Assembly: GCA_000165425.1 (NCBI GenBank)
Contig: CT868664.1
Location: 1-64,000, forward strand
Reading direction: 5' to 3'
DNA: 64,000 bases
DNA from: Paramecium tetraurelia
Taxonomy: Eukaryota
Shown: piece by piece, positions 25,841 to 41,613 of the stretch
Layout: each line of letters starts with the position of its first letter
How positions within the stretch are numbered: position 1 is the stretch's first letter
Notes under the pieces: model-generated
What the model saw: only the letters and a program-made list of their open reading frames with translations
Database searches by the model: none
What the model was told of the DNA's origin: nothing
Made by a program: the position numbers and the translations under genes

Positions 25841-26634
25841 ATGCATCCACATTCTTTTCCTTATGAATTCACTTAATACCCTTACTAAACCCCTCTATAC
25901 TTCTACCCGCCATATCTCCCTCAACAATATTTCAATTACAATCAATTTCTACCACACAAACACCCTCAAATTCAATAGGCACCTTTACCACCCAAATAAC
26001 AACAATTTATTCTCATCTCAGATGATGAAGAATGTGTACCAATCGAAAAAATAGATAAACCAGCACCCACCTAAACCCTCAATACAACTCAACCCCAAAA
26101 AAAAACAGCCAAACTGCTGGACCTTGATACCCTTGAAGCACAAGGAAGGCTATATGACTATGAAAGTTCCTAATCCCCTCCATTGCCAAAGCGAATCATC
26201 AAAAAACCACCAAAACCTCTCTATAAACCTTAGAAGAGGAAATAAGTCAAAATTCGCAAAGAACCGATTCGACATTCCTATCAGAAGATTAAGCACGTGT
26301 AAATTGGAGCGGAAAGACAAGAGCTCAATTATCCTTAATCAAATGTGAAGGCAAAATTCATTAAAATCTATGAGAAACAAGAAGATAAATGTAAAAATCA
26401 TTTTAAATAAACTTAGTTTCTAAATTATTTGACTAATTAAAACTTAATTTTTCGGAGGCTAATGATGAAGATATTGCAATTGTTCTCAATATGGTCGGTA
26501 AAGATTATCAAAAGGCGGAAACATTTATAAATGAGAACGGATCCTTCCTCCAATCTTACCTCCAAGGTACTTAAGAATATATCAGTTTAGATTATAAGGA
26601 TTTATCCGAAGACGAGTCTACTATCAAAAAATGA
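25841..26634 (+). CDS. Hypothetical protein, Pro/Tyr/Gln-rich N-terminus and small C-terminal helical domain
   Basis: MHPHSFPYEFTQYPYQTP...FSEANDEDIAIVLNMVGKDYQKAETFI; two introns. Confidence 0.7.
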
Positions 26635-26949
26635 AAAAAAATCCATATACCTATAATAAATTAATTTCATAATTTCAATTGAATCATACTCTTAAAAAAC
26701 CATTCTAAAGAAGAATCGAAATTTCTACAATCTCCAAAACCCCAGAGTTCCTATTTCTTGACATAATATCATGATTCCACTCAACATAGTTAAATTATGG
26801 ATGGTATTCAACACACCATTTTTTCATTCATCCAACTTGCAAAGAATAATAAATATGATTGCTAAGACAACATATATAATCTAAATCAAACATTTGGATG
26901 ATGACTCAATCATTTATTAATATTTTTCTTTATTAATATTTATTGCAAT

Positions 26950-28844
26950 ATGGATGAAGAGGGAATTACAAATTTAATTCCTAATAGTGAAATATAATAG
27001 GATTAATTTAATGAAGATCAAAGAAAAGAGAAGGTTGATTAATTGAAATAAAGTATCTAAGAAAAATACCCTTAAAGTTTCGTAAGCTAGAGTGATATTA
27101 ATGATCAAATTTATTTGTTGACTTTCCCTCTAGAAATTCATGTTGGAATACTTACCACTTAGTTCGAAATCGAAATAGATTTCTAGCAATTAAAAATTCA
27201 AATCCTCTCTTACTTCACTAACAACAATGGCTTGATTCTAATCCAGTCCAAAGTAGATATTGATAAATAATATTAGATTCTTAGACTTTCAGTTAGTCGC
27301 TATATGCTACGCTTGAACAACAATCTTAGAGTAGGTAGCTTTTTCATAAATCCTGTATTTGGGTAGCTCGGATTTAATCTACAATGTAACAATAGTGACT
27401 AATCCTTCTTTAAACAAAATTTGTATGAATCTGAATTCATCTCTTACTTGGATATTTTAATTATGACAGCAATTCATTCCCTGAGATTCCATTTTATGAG
27501 AATTCTCTTTATGATCAATTAGATCAACATAAAGCTTTTTAAAGTCTTCGAAAATTACATGGATAAAATTAGGTATCAAGAAGAAAGCGAAAGCAAAAGT
27601 AAGAAAATAGGAGAAAGTAACATGTCTTGGAGGAAATTACCAAAGGATGCTGAGATTCTTTTAAGTAGGATTAAGAAAGTTGTGAAAAAGTAATTTATTA
27701 TTTGAACAATTAAATAGCGATATGCATCTAGAGTTTAGCGGTAAGGACTATGAAGAATTAGGACCCATTTTGTAAAAGTAAGTTACGACAGATACTAAAT
27801 GTTTGATTTAAATAAAACCAGTCGAATTGAATGATCTAGAAGTGGATAAATCATTTTTAATATCAGAGGGTGGATTCTGTAATATTTATTCTAAGGATAT
27901 TTTTTATCAGTTTGTAAGAGAAGGTCAGAAATAAATGCAGTCTCAAAAGAGACCTCTTGTTATTAAGACCGACAAATAGCCATAAGGAGACAAAGTGAAA
28001 AAGGAAATTGAGATCGTTGCAAAATTAAGCGAAGTACAAACTCTAGACCCAAAGTAATATTAAATTCAAATATTTTTAGAGATTTAGCTAATAATCGATT
28101 GAAATATTTCAAATTTTCAGGATGTTGTCCTTATATCGCTTAATTTTATTGTGTTCCAGAAAGACCTGATAAGGTGTTGATGGAAAGATATTATCATTCT
28201 TCGTTGGACTTCTTTAAAGCAAAACAATCAGAAGTCCTCAGTTTATCAACCAGAATTTTCATAGCTCATAGCATAGCCATGGGATTGAGATACATTCACA
28301 ACTATGGCATCATACACATGGATATTAAGTCGGCCAATATCTTGATATCCAAGACTTTAATGGCCAAGATTACTGATTTTGGTGAGGCCATAAATAAGAG
28401 CAAATATTCAGATAAAGAGAAACCAGGAAAGACCCTGCCTTTTTGTGCCCCAGAGATCCAACAGAAACTAGAAGCAAACTAATACACATTTGCTTATGAT
28501 ATTTATTCATTTGGTGTTTTGCTTTTTGAACTATTGTTCGATCGATTCCCCATCGTAATATAATTATGTTATCAAAAATTAGGATTTTAGAAGATAAAAT
28601 TTAAAACCCTTGGAGGAGAAATTACATAAGTTGACTTATGCTATCAGATATGACGAGAGTGTTGATAAACTTTTGGGACCACAGGTGATTATGAAATATT
28701 TGGGAAGAATGTGTCTATAATGTATTAGATTATTGGTATTATCTCCATATAGGCATGCAACCAGACCCAGCACTTAGACCCAATATAGATAAGATAGTCT
28801 TAGTTTTGAAGGATTGCTTGACATATTTAGATAAAGTATATTGA
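26950..28844 (+). CDS. TKL-like non-RD protein kinase with N-terminal YbjN-like domain (copy 1)
   Basis: ISEGGFCNIY, LSTRIFIAHSIAMGLRYIH, HMDIKSANIL, DFGEA, KTLPFCAPE, DIYSFGVLLFELL. Confidence 0.88.
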
Positions 28845-28944
28845 AATTTATTTAACAATGTTTTTAAAACACCTTTTCTTAATAGAGTTTTCTTGGGTGT
28901 GGCATCATTTTATCCATAAAATATATAATTAATTTAAAAATAAA

Positions 28945-31041
28945 ATGCAAAAGGAGGAAGACATGGAACTAGAGTTTAAATTGCTGGAATTGAATGACGT
29001 CGAGGAGACTGAATTTGACAAATTCGCCTTGAATAGACCTCTGATAGAAAAACACTTTGAAGAATTAAATTTTAAACATTTTGATATCACGCAAAATGAA
29101 GAAACCAAGTAGTGGTAACTTACAATCACATTAGAATAGTGAGTTAAAAATATAATCTTAATTAGATTTTCAAATAAATTCTTAGCATTATGCACAACTA
29201 CAATTAATTTTCTAAGGAAGCGAATTGACTGCAAATCATTTATTGCCAAACCAGATGGTTAACTCATTTAAGTCAAAGAGAAAGTAAGCTACATTCTTCT
29301 CTTTTTAGTATTTGCAGCGACTATTGGCAAGATATTTTTGTAGAATAAATAATTCATTACGATTTGGGTGTTTTTGTATAGAGAATGAGACTGGACAGAT
29401 ATAATTGAAATTGAACTCGGTGATGATTTCAGAACATTGGACAGATCTGATATGTCTCCTTCCTATGTAGAATGACAACTAAAATCAAGGATCACTATCA
29501 AGCTTACTAAAAGTACTGCATTTCACTTCCCATTATGCAATTGGATATCACATTTATAGGCTCATGCATTTAATCAATAAATTATCTTATAAAGTCTTCC
29601 CTTTTTTAGAGTAAAAGTTATAAGATCAATATCGTAAGATTCCTCCTTAATTTGACATTTACTTGTAGAGAATTAATGAAATAGTATAGAAGTAAGAGAA
29701 AGACATTAATTTAGTAAATGCACCACTCCAATAACCGAAGATGAAACCAGATAGTTTTAATAGCATTTTAATTATCCCAAATAGACAAATGCATCTTTTA
29801 AGATTATGAATTTCATTAAGTTTTCTAATCCCGATCAAGTAGACAATGGTGATGGTTACGAGTTAATTGGAGAGGGAGGGTTTTCCATTGTAAAAAAGGG
29901 TCAATTGGCCTTCACTTTGGCTTAGAATTAAGGATAAGGAAAGTAGGAAACAGAAGACATTCCAGGATAACCAAGATAAGGTCAGCCGAATAATTCAAAC
30001 AGAGTGGAAACGGAAGAACCCTCAGTAAAATAAATTCAGCATCTATGCAATAAAGAATAAGATGATGTCCAGGCTTTTATAAAGAGAACTATAGTGATAA
30101 AAAAGGATAAGGACAGAGAGAAGGAGAAAGTAGATAAGCAATAGAATGAGAAGGCAGAAAAGAAACAGCCAAGTAGGATTGTGTTGGAAAAGAAAATACT
30201 GTATAAAACTTAACTAATATTTTAGTGATATCTTGTCCTAACCCTTGTATGATAATAAAAAGAAGCTGATTTTTAATGGGTATTGCCCTTACATTGCCCA
30301 GTTCTATAAAGCAGATACATTTGATAAGAACAATATGCCATTATTTAATGAACATCTATTCATGGAGTTTTATTAGCATACATCATTGGACAATTTTAGA
30401 TCGAAGTTCTAGACTACTTAGAGTTTGAACACCAGACTATACATTCTATTCTAGATCGCACATGCACTCAGATATTTGTCCTATTATGGAGTGATTCACA
30501 ATGATCTGAAGCCTGGCAATATATTGGTATTCATTATATATATTGGAGATTGCAAAACATTACAATGCCAAATTGACAGATTTCGGAGAGGCTATGTACA
30601 AGAAGGGAGATCAGGTGATAATATAAGGAGGGGATGGAAGAACTCTTCCTTTTGCAGCTCCAGAGTCTCTGCCTGAGGAGTCTTCGAACAACTCATAAAT
30701 AGGTTAGCCAAAAATTGATCATAAATCAGACATTTTCTCGTTTGGCATACTGATGTATGAGTTTCTGTTTGAATAATACCCAATAGTAAAAAGTTATTCA
30801 TATGTGTAAGGATTTCAAAAAAAGTAATCTCGCCAATCTTCAAGAAAGATATAAAAACAAAACTTATCAAATAAGATCCAACATTGATTTCATAAAGACC
30901 TTTGGACCAAAGCATCTAATGAAATGTCTCCGAAATCTAGCAATTAAATGTCTTCAACCTGAACCCTAAAACAGACCCAATATTGAGTGGATAATCATAT
31001 GTCTTAAAGAAGGATTGATGTATCTAGAAAAGATGTATTGA
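28945..31041 (+). CDS. TKL-like non-RD protein kinase with N-terminal YbjN-like domain (copy 2)
   Basis: IGEGGFSIV, LNTRLYILFQIAHALRYL, HNDLKPGNIL, DFGEA, RTLPFAAPE, DIFSFGILMYEFL; shares CPYIAQFY and the C-terminal LxYLxKxY* with copy 1. Confidence 0.88.
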
Positions 31042-31070
31042 ATATTTGAAAATAATATTTATCTATTTTG

Positions 31071-33440
31071 ATGAGTTCTGAAATGCATGATCAAATCAAA
31101 GATAAGTTTTTGGAGGTCTTTTCCAAGCGTTCCGACTTGAATTAAACCAAGCCTTTGGATGCTGTCCTCCTCCTATCCATCTTAGCCCTTTGGCCATTGA
31201 TTGAATCCACCGATAATCAAGAATATCATATGAGTCTCAGAATCATTCTAGTCTTCGTTGTAGCAAACATCATCAGAAATACGAAACCAGACAGCAGAAG
31301 CCATCCTAAGATTTTAGTTTATTTGGGAATCAGCCTCCAATTATTCAGCAATCTAATTTTTGTGTATTAAGAACAAAGGTATTTTTGAATCACAATATTT
31401 ATAAAGCAACTAGCACTGTCAAAATTACCTTATCACTATTGCTTTCCTGATACTAATTTCATCTAGATTTGAACTACATCATATTCGTGAAATTACTTAC
31501 TCAATATCTATGATATCCTTAATTACCTAGATTTATTTACAAAATCAAGTGTTCTCAATAATCAAGTATTTTGTTATTGCTGTGATTGCAATTGAAGGAA
31601 TTCAATGGAGAACTCAATTTTTAAAGAGGGATTACAATAGCAAGATGGCTGATTTCACCAAAGAATTGGATCAAATGAAGGAGTATTACAATGAATAAAT
31701 TATGAAATTGTAAGATTATTAGGAGAGTGAAGCATAACAACAATTATCATCCAGAGCAAATGATTTGTTAAAAAAGTTAAGATTAATCAAATATCAACAA
31801 CTATTAATGAAAAATAATACTTTTTAAAAAGGAATTCGCAAACCAAAAAAAATGAATTCAGAAATTCATTAAAATGCATTCTCACTTAAATAATTGCCTG
31901 AAGATAATGTACCGGATGAATAGAGTTCAATTTAATAAGACATCTCTAACCATCATTTCTAGAGTATATAAAATGATAATCAGCCTCCACAGTTTAGAAG
32001 AAAATCGCAAAGACTGATGACGAGTGCGACTGATTAAAATTGCAGAATCAACGAGAGTTCTAATAGTCCATCCTTCTCGGAGAAGAATATCGAGGAAATG
32101 AAAATAACCACTGAAGATATAGATGATCTATTGAACTTACTCTCGGGGAAGAAAGAGTCCATTTGGCTTCCTAAATTTCTAAGGAGCAATTAATTAATCA
32201 ACGAATAGGAAGGATTCAGCGTGGATGCTAAATAGTAATGATACCTATATTATTGGATAGATTCTTATTATCTCATTTCACATAGAAGCAACCCTCGTTT
32301 GAATACATATAGGACATCCAGGACCATGTTCAGGAGGAAGAGTTGGAGAGAATAGATTTTAATGCAGACTTTCTTCATTTTTATAGGAACAAATCTTAGG
32401 ACAACAATTAGACGAGAATCTTTTTTGAAAATACTATCACATTTTTTAAGAGATTCAAGATTGCACAAACTTTTAAGATCACTAAACCTGAATTGATTAG
32501 AGAATTCGCTTTAAAAGTCGACATGTCTTATCATAACAATCTATATCACAATTCTATGCATGCATTAGACGTAACAAATTCAACTGGATTCTTTTTGGAG
32601 AATGGTGTAAATGAAATGCTGGATGAATTTGAATAGGCTTGTTTGATAATTTCATCTTTGGTACATGATATTGGACATCCAGGTCTGAATAATGGATTTA
32701 TGATGAGCAATAGGTGTAAATTAGCTATGTTGTGTAATGATATATATATGCTTAGATAATGATTAGAGTGTGCTTGAAAATTATCATTCTTTTTTATTGT
32801 TTCAAATTCTCTCCCAAGATCAATTCAACATCATCCAGAATTTGGGATAGGTAGAGCAGAAAGGATTCAGAAAGTACTGTCTTAATCTAATCTTGGACAC
32901 TGACCTCACAAAGCATTTCCAATTGATGAATAGGTTCTAAAATTACTTAGAATTGACAGAATCGACAGAAATGGATAAAAATCTGTTGATGTCTATTTGT
33001 ATTAAATGTGCAGGTATTCAATGATCATCCATTTAAGATGTTGGTCATGGAGCCAAGAAATTATAAATACATAAACTATGGAGTCGTAGAATTATTGAGG
33101 AGTTCTTTTTGCAAGGAGATTTGGAATCATATTTGAAAGTGCCTGTGTCTCCCATGTGCGACAGAAAGTAGTGTGTTACCAAGTCTCAGGAGGGATTTCT
33201 AAAAGCTATTGTCTTGCCAATGTTCAATGCATTTGTTACTTTATTGCAGAAGTACTTGATAGTCTAACTCTGTATAGTGAAAAGGTGGCACAAGTTTGTT
33301 TGGAGTAAATTCACGAGAACTTGAAGTATTGGTAGGAACAAATTGATGATGTACAATTTATGAAAGAGACTCAGATAGATATTCCAGGACTTGAAAATTT
33401 GAAGAAATTTTTGAATTCGCCATTATAATTATGTGTTTGA
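31071..33440 (+). CDS. Class I cyclic-nucleotide phosphodiesterase with N-terminal transmembrane helices
   Basis: YHNSMHALDV, HDIGHPGLNN, SVLENYH, ILDTDLTKHF, KCADVGH, EEFFLQGD; hydrophobic N-terminus. Confidence 0.93.
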
Positions 33441-33465
33441 AATCGATTAAAAAAACGAATTAATT

Positions 33466-34952
33466 ATGTTATTGGTGATTTTACTAGTTCTGAGTGTTCG
33501 TGCAGATTTGCCGGTGCATTGCGTTCGTCATTAAATTGTAGGGAAATGGCAATTAGAGTTTACAGAACCCTAAATTAAAGGTAATTAATAGATTCACCTA
33601 GGCAGTGGACCATTGACATGTGGTCATAATGTACCAGATAATGAACGTACATCGTAAGTGGCAGGATAGAATACATTTGTGAAGACATCTACGCATGAAG
33701 TTATACTAACTGCTAAAAACAATGTTGTATAAAAGAAGAAACTGTAAGGCAAATGGACAATGGTGTATGATGAAGGATTTGAGGTTGATTTCTCGAAATA
33801 CAAATGTTTTGCCTTTTCAAAATACAAGACCAACTATTCTGGAGCTTATTCGTATTGTGGAGAAACCTTGATCGGTTGGTACTAGAATACTGAGACTAAC
33901 GAAAGAGGATGTTATAGAGCAATTAAAATAGAGAAGACTCACAAGGTATCTGAGGGTGCTAATAATGGACATGTTGTGCAGCCTCAATTCTTCTAGTATT
34001 AGAATTCAGGAATGAATAAGGTTTGGTCAAGAGTTGATGCACTCAATTTCGTTGAGTAGATTAACAGTGCAAAATTATAGTGGAAGGCTAAGGCATATGG
34101 TGAAATAATTGGACTGACGACTAAGTAGTTGAATAAGTATGCAGGAAGAAGAAAGCATTCATCAACTATTTTGTTGGAGAAATAAAAAAAAAAATAATAG
34201 ATATTGGAATATGATGTAAGTCATTTGCCTAAGGAATTCTCATGGGAGAAATACTTGGGCAAGAAGATATACGAATAAAAGGGATGTGGATCATGTTATA
34301 CTATTTCAACCATGACTATGTTATCAGCTAGATTGAGAATCAAAGGAGTGAAGGCTGATTTGTCACCATAACAATCAATCGATTGCAATTATTACAATTA
34401 GGGTTGTGATGGTGGTTATCCATTTTTGGTGGAGAAGTACTTGACAGAATTGGATGGAATGATTTTCGAAGAGAAGGAGTATCCTTATAAGGGACAGCTA
34501 GGAGAATGTAAAGCAGTTGAAAAGAAGAAACATTACAGGGTCATCAATTATAGATTTATTGGGGGAGCTTATGGGAAGTCGAATGAGTTGAACATTATGG
34601 AGGAGATCCATAAGAATGGACCAGTGGTGTTGAATTTTGAGCCATCGTTTGATTTCATGTTCTATGTTGGAGGAGTCTTTCATTCCACAATTCCAGATTG
34701 GATTATCAATGGGCTAGCTAAACCAGAATGGGTATGATTGATAATCTTAACATAAAATAGGAAAAGGTTGATCATTCAGTGTTGTGTTACGGGTGGGGAG
34801 AAGAGAATGGAGTCAAATATTGGTTACTTTAGAATAGTTGGGGTAAACAGTGGGGAGAGAATGGTAGATTTAGGATGAAGAGAGGATAAGATGAGTCATC
34901 TATTGAAAGTATGGCAGAAGCAGCAGATATAGAGATTATTCATGATTCTTGA
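33466..34952 (+). CDS. CTSC: Cathepsin C / dipeptidyl peptidase I
   Basis: Signal peptide, DLPVHC exclusion domain, WTMVYDEGF, QKGCGSCY, GCDGGYP, DHSVLCYGWG, QNSWG. Confidence 0.95.
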
Positions 34953-34957
34953 AAATA

Positions 34958-36664
<1,707 letters not shown>

Positions 36665-38724
36665 TAATAATTAATTTTAATAACTACAACTTTTTCACCA
36701 ATTTCTACTCCCAAAACGAGCTTTAAATTTATTAAAACTTATTCGTTCACATAAGTATTAATTGTTAATTCTATCGTTTTAAGAATCCAACCTCAAACAA
36801 CCAACTCTTATAATCATAATTAATCAATTTTAAATATTTCACTAGACATATTCATCCTTAGGCTTTTTGTATCGATTTCAATTAGACTCATCTTCTAGAG
36901 CAAATGAATTTAAGAAATTGCTTGCTTTTTAATTAGCAATTCAGCAAGCCAAAAAACGTTTAATTTTGAAGTAAAAATATAAACAATAATTTTAGATTAT
37001 TTTAATTATCACCAATCCAAAGTGAAACATTGAAAAATGATAAAAATATACTAAAATAATCTAAGCAATATATCATTAAATGGCAAGTAGTTTTGGAGCT
37101 TAATTTATTTATTTTAGATTATGGATGAATTTAGTCAATAATAACGACAATATGCAAAATGAATCTTAATTATGTGATTCTCACACTATTAAATATTATT
37201 ATGCAGGCAAAGAGAATGTAAAAAGTAGTAAAATAGAATATTTCAAAAGATATTAAGTCAAATTAGAAAAGGGTTTATACTTTTTTGAATTCTCGATTTA
37301 AGCAAATACATTTGTTATCTATTTGCAATAAGAGTAATACATATCTTCAGGTCAGAGTAAATAGAATGTACATAGAAAATAGGATTAATAAATTACAAAT
37401 AATTTCCAAGTAAATTTTCTATAAAAAAAAGAGATGAAATGTATTTAAAAAATAAATTAAGAAATCTAAGATATAAATGTAGATTAAATTAAAAAAAAAT
37501 TGACTTCCTTAAGTTTTCACAAATTATTCTTGTTGGAAAATTAATCTTCATGAGAAAAAGAAATACAAAAGAAGGTCTTTTTGATCTCATGAAGAAACAA
37601 AGTTGTAAAATTTAGGTTTTAAAAATGAAAAAATCCATATCAAAAATATTTGAAATTTATGATTGTTAAATAATCTTATTTTTTGTTACCAATTCTAATG
37701 AAACTATTTCTTAAATTACTTATCTGATAGATTCTTTAATTATTGGGCTTATGATTACATTAACTTTAGAATTTTGGAGAATAAATTAATCGAAAGAATT
37801 TTGTTTATAATTTGACTAGATTTCTCTACAATATATTTTATAATTGTGTTGATATTCATTTTATTATCAATAAGAATTATGCTTGATTTTTAAATTCATA
37901 TACGAGACTTTTTATTCAATTTTTATTGCCTTTTAATTAATTTCTACTCTCTACTATAAATGTTGAAGAGAATAGAAACAATCATATATCATATTATTAA
38001 ACAAAAATGAAACTTCGGTATTTAATTAGATCCAAAAACTGCGTTGTATTAGATTTCAATGAGACTTTAACAGATGAAACAATATTTTTATTGGAATAAA
38101 TAATCTCATTATGAATTTTTTTTCTCAACAGATAATTATTATTTTTAGTCCTGAATTTAATTGTATTTGATATTTGTAATTTTTCTTATTTTATCTTGTG
38201 CAAAATCTAGAATATTATAATCCTGACTATCTTGATAATTTCTTAATTTATACATTATGGTTCATCTACAGGATCAGGGGGATTGATTTTCTTATATTGA
38301 AATGAGACGAACAATCCAAATAGTAAAAGGGCAGTTGCCCCCGTTAGATAATCCCTTAGTAAATCTGTTTTTCTTCTTAAAAATGTTCGACTTTTTTTTA
38401 ATGGATTTTGCATTAAATATTTTATAATTATTTTTTATTAGGAAATTAAAATCATGTCACAAAGGTTAAGAATTTAAAATTATGATTCACAAAAATTTGA
38501 TTTTGTAGAAGAAATAATATATATATTAATATTTATAAATTAAACCTCTCTTTTTTCGAAGCTGGTTCTAGAAGATATAATAAATAAGTAAAATAGTGTT
38601 TTGTATCATAAATAATTGATTACTTTATTAATTGATCTTTTTTCGAATGAGTTTTTTAATGTGCACAACTGTAGAATAAGTAAATGGTTTAATCTAGTAT
38701 CTTCAGATATATAATTTAATTAAA

Positions 38725-41573
38725 ATGTAGTATACAGCAATCAGCAATTGCAAATTGATATCACCATAAACAGAACACGAGATAAACTCTAAGGGGTTTA
38801 ATAATTCAATTTCAGAAATGAGTCCAATGAAAGTAGAAACTTCTAACCCAGGTATTTCAACAACTCAGCAGTTAGTCTCTCCTCAAAAGTATAGTAGAAC
38901 AACAATGAGAATTAATTCAATTCCACTCGAATAATTACAACCACCAGATTTACCAGAATCTGAAGAAATATTGTCAATTGATAAACAAAGAGAAAACTAA
39001 GCTGTACTGATTAAAAAGAAATCGCCATTTGCTAAATTGATTACTAATTGCCATTCATTAAAGTTTGCGAACAAAATGATTAGCTTTATAAGGCCAGATT
39101 GTAAATTTTCTCAAAAATAACATGAAATTTTAAACGATTAAGCAAGTTCATATATGCAATAGAAAGGGAAGATAAGTGGTAATTTTCTACAACAAAATAT
39201 CAATACAATAGATTTATAGATAAGAATTAAAATAAGAACATGGAAAAATGGTGTAGTAAATAAATTGTCTGGATGCTTTTCCCAATTATATAATTATATT
39301 CCATTAATAGAACCAAATAATATTATGAAATTAATTTGGGACTTTTTGCTTTGTCTGATACGTATTTATCTGATAATCTGGTCACCTATCATAATTTCAT
39401 TTCCATTTTTGTAGAACGATCATGCAAATTATTTTAGAATCAGTTGTGTATTTCTTGCATTCGATTTGGTGATAAGAAACTTTACTATTTACTTTCATAA
39501 AGGATTACCGGTTAAAAATCGGTACCAATTATTTAAAAAGCAACTCAATATTGGTTTGGCAATAGAACTAGGGAGTATTTTATTTGGGATACTAGTATCT
39601 CTAGATTATTAATTAAGCACATGGTTTTTTATGTTGTTTTATTATTAATTGAGAAACATAATGAAATTGGTGGATATTATTCAGTATAATTTAAAACCTA
39701 CTAAAATGGTCAGTTCTGTAATAGATCTATTTAAATTGATAGCTACAGTGTTATTAATATAGCACTTCTGTGGTTGCTTATGGTATAAACTGTATAGTAA
39801 TTTCATAGGTTAAAATTAGGATAGTATTACGATAGTCAAGGTTAAATGAATTGGATGATGGATGTAAGAAATGAAAGCTGGTAGGTACAATTTCTTGAGT
39901 CTTTCTATTTTATGAGTGTAACCATGTTTACTGTAGGCTATGGAGATATCTCACCTACAAGTATATAATAAATATATTTAGATTCATTGGAAAAGATGTT
40001 TTGTATTTGTTACATGTTCCTATCAACTTTGCAATATTCTTATTCTGTCAACACAATTGGTCTGATACTTACTCAAATGAAGGAGAATAATGAAATGATT
40101 AGATAAAAGATGACATGCATAAATGAATATTTACATTGTAAAAAATTAAGCACAGAACTTTCTATGAAGGTAAGAGAATATTTTAATTTTTATTGGAATT
40201 AAGAAATTATTCAAAAAAAAAATGAACAAATAAGACTTATCACATTATTGCCAGAGAATCTACAATAAAAATTAAAGTTGGAATCAGCTTCATCTTTAAT
40301 TATTAAATGCCCATATTTTTCTCAATTTCCTAAACCTGCTTTAGAATGTTTACTCTAAAGTACAGAGTTTAATGTCTTTTAGCCTGGAGTTCACATAAAT
40401 GCATAAGAGTATATTTATATAATAGAAAATGGAAAGGTTGAAGTATTGCAAGATAAGGTTTGAATATAAATATTTTAGATTGTAATTGACACACTAAAAG
40501 AGAATTAATTTTTTGGTTTGCAAGAACTCTTTACCGCAAGCGATAACATAAACTATAAATCTGCTGATTTCTCTAGTCTATTAATGATACCTCGTTCTGA
40601 AGTTCTAAAAGTGACCAACAAATTCCAATTGCAAATCATACCAGAAAAATTTTGTTATATTTGTCACGATAAAAGACATTTTACTAATCAATGTAATGTT
40701 GTTCATTATATACCTGATATGGAGAAAGTCATTATGAGATATAACTTTCACAATATTCAGGAAAGAAGCAAATTGAAACAAATAAAAAAAAGTAAAGCTA
40801 GATTTTCTGCATTAAATGAGTAAATTTTAATATCGGATAGTGCTAAAATATATCAATTAGAAAATGATATAGTCCCTGAAAATGAAATTCAAGAACAATA
40901 AAGTTAAGGGTTAAGTATCCATTAAAATGGGCATCCTAAAGTTAACGTTGTTACTTTTGAAGATTAGCATGCATAATTAAATCCTCCAGAATGGCTGGTT
41001 GAGACCTCGTTTCATCCTGCAAAATTTATGCAAAGAACAGGCCTATTATAACAAACTTAGATTTTAGATAGCTTTAAAAATAAAAGAGAAAAAAAGTTAT
41101 TATTATCAGGGGCATCCAATAAGTAAAGTGATCAAACAGTTCTTTCTGACAAACCAGGAGATTGCTAAGAAGCCTTAAATAAATTATAATCTATCTTACC
41201 TAAATTGTCACCTAGGGAATATGAGAAGTGTTTCTTTCTGATTAAGAAGCTTGAAGGAGATTTAGGCTAAACTTAAATATCAGGATTTGAATAGCTTAAG
41301 GAATTTGATAAATTTGATAGGGAATGGAATATTGATAGAGTTATCACTAAATTGATGAGGCCTATAAGAAAAAATAACGCAGAAATATTAAATTAGTTAA
41401 TAAAAAAATATTCAAAATACTTATTATTTCCATTTGAGTATATAAGGCTATTTAGAAATTCCTTAATTGAAGAAGAAGATGTCAAACAAAATAAGTCATA
41501 TTTGGAATAGGTTAGACATAGTGTAAAACACTTTCTAAAAAAGAAGGCAACGACAGTATTCCCAATTAGATGA
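38725..41573 (+). CDS. KCNH/EAG-like K+ channel with cyclic-nucleotide-binding homology domain
   Basis: KLIWDF, HFCGCLW, SFYFMSVTMFTVGYGDISP pore, C-linker KVREYFNFYW, FFGLQELF, CYICHDKRHFTNQC knuckle; start approximate. Confidence 0.92.
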
Positions 41574-41613
41574 GATAATAACAGTAATAATATATTCTCT
41601 ATAATAATGATAT

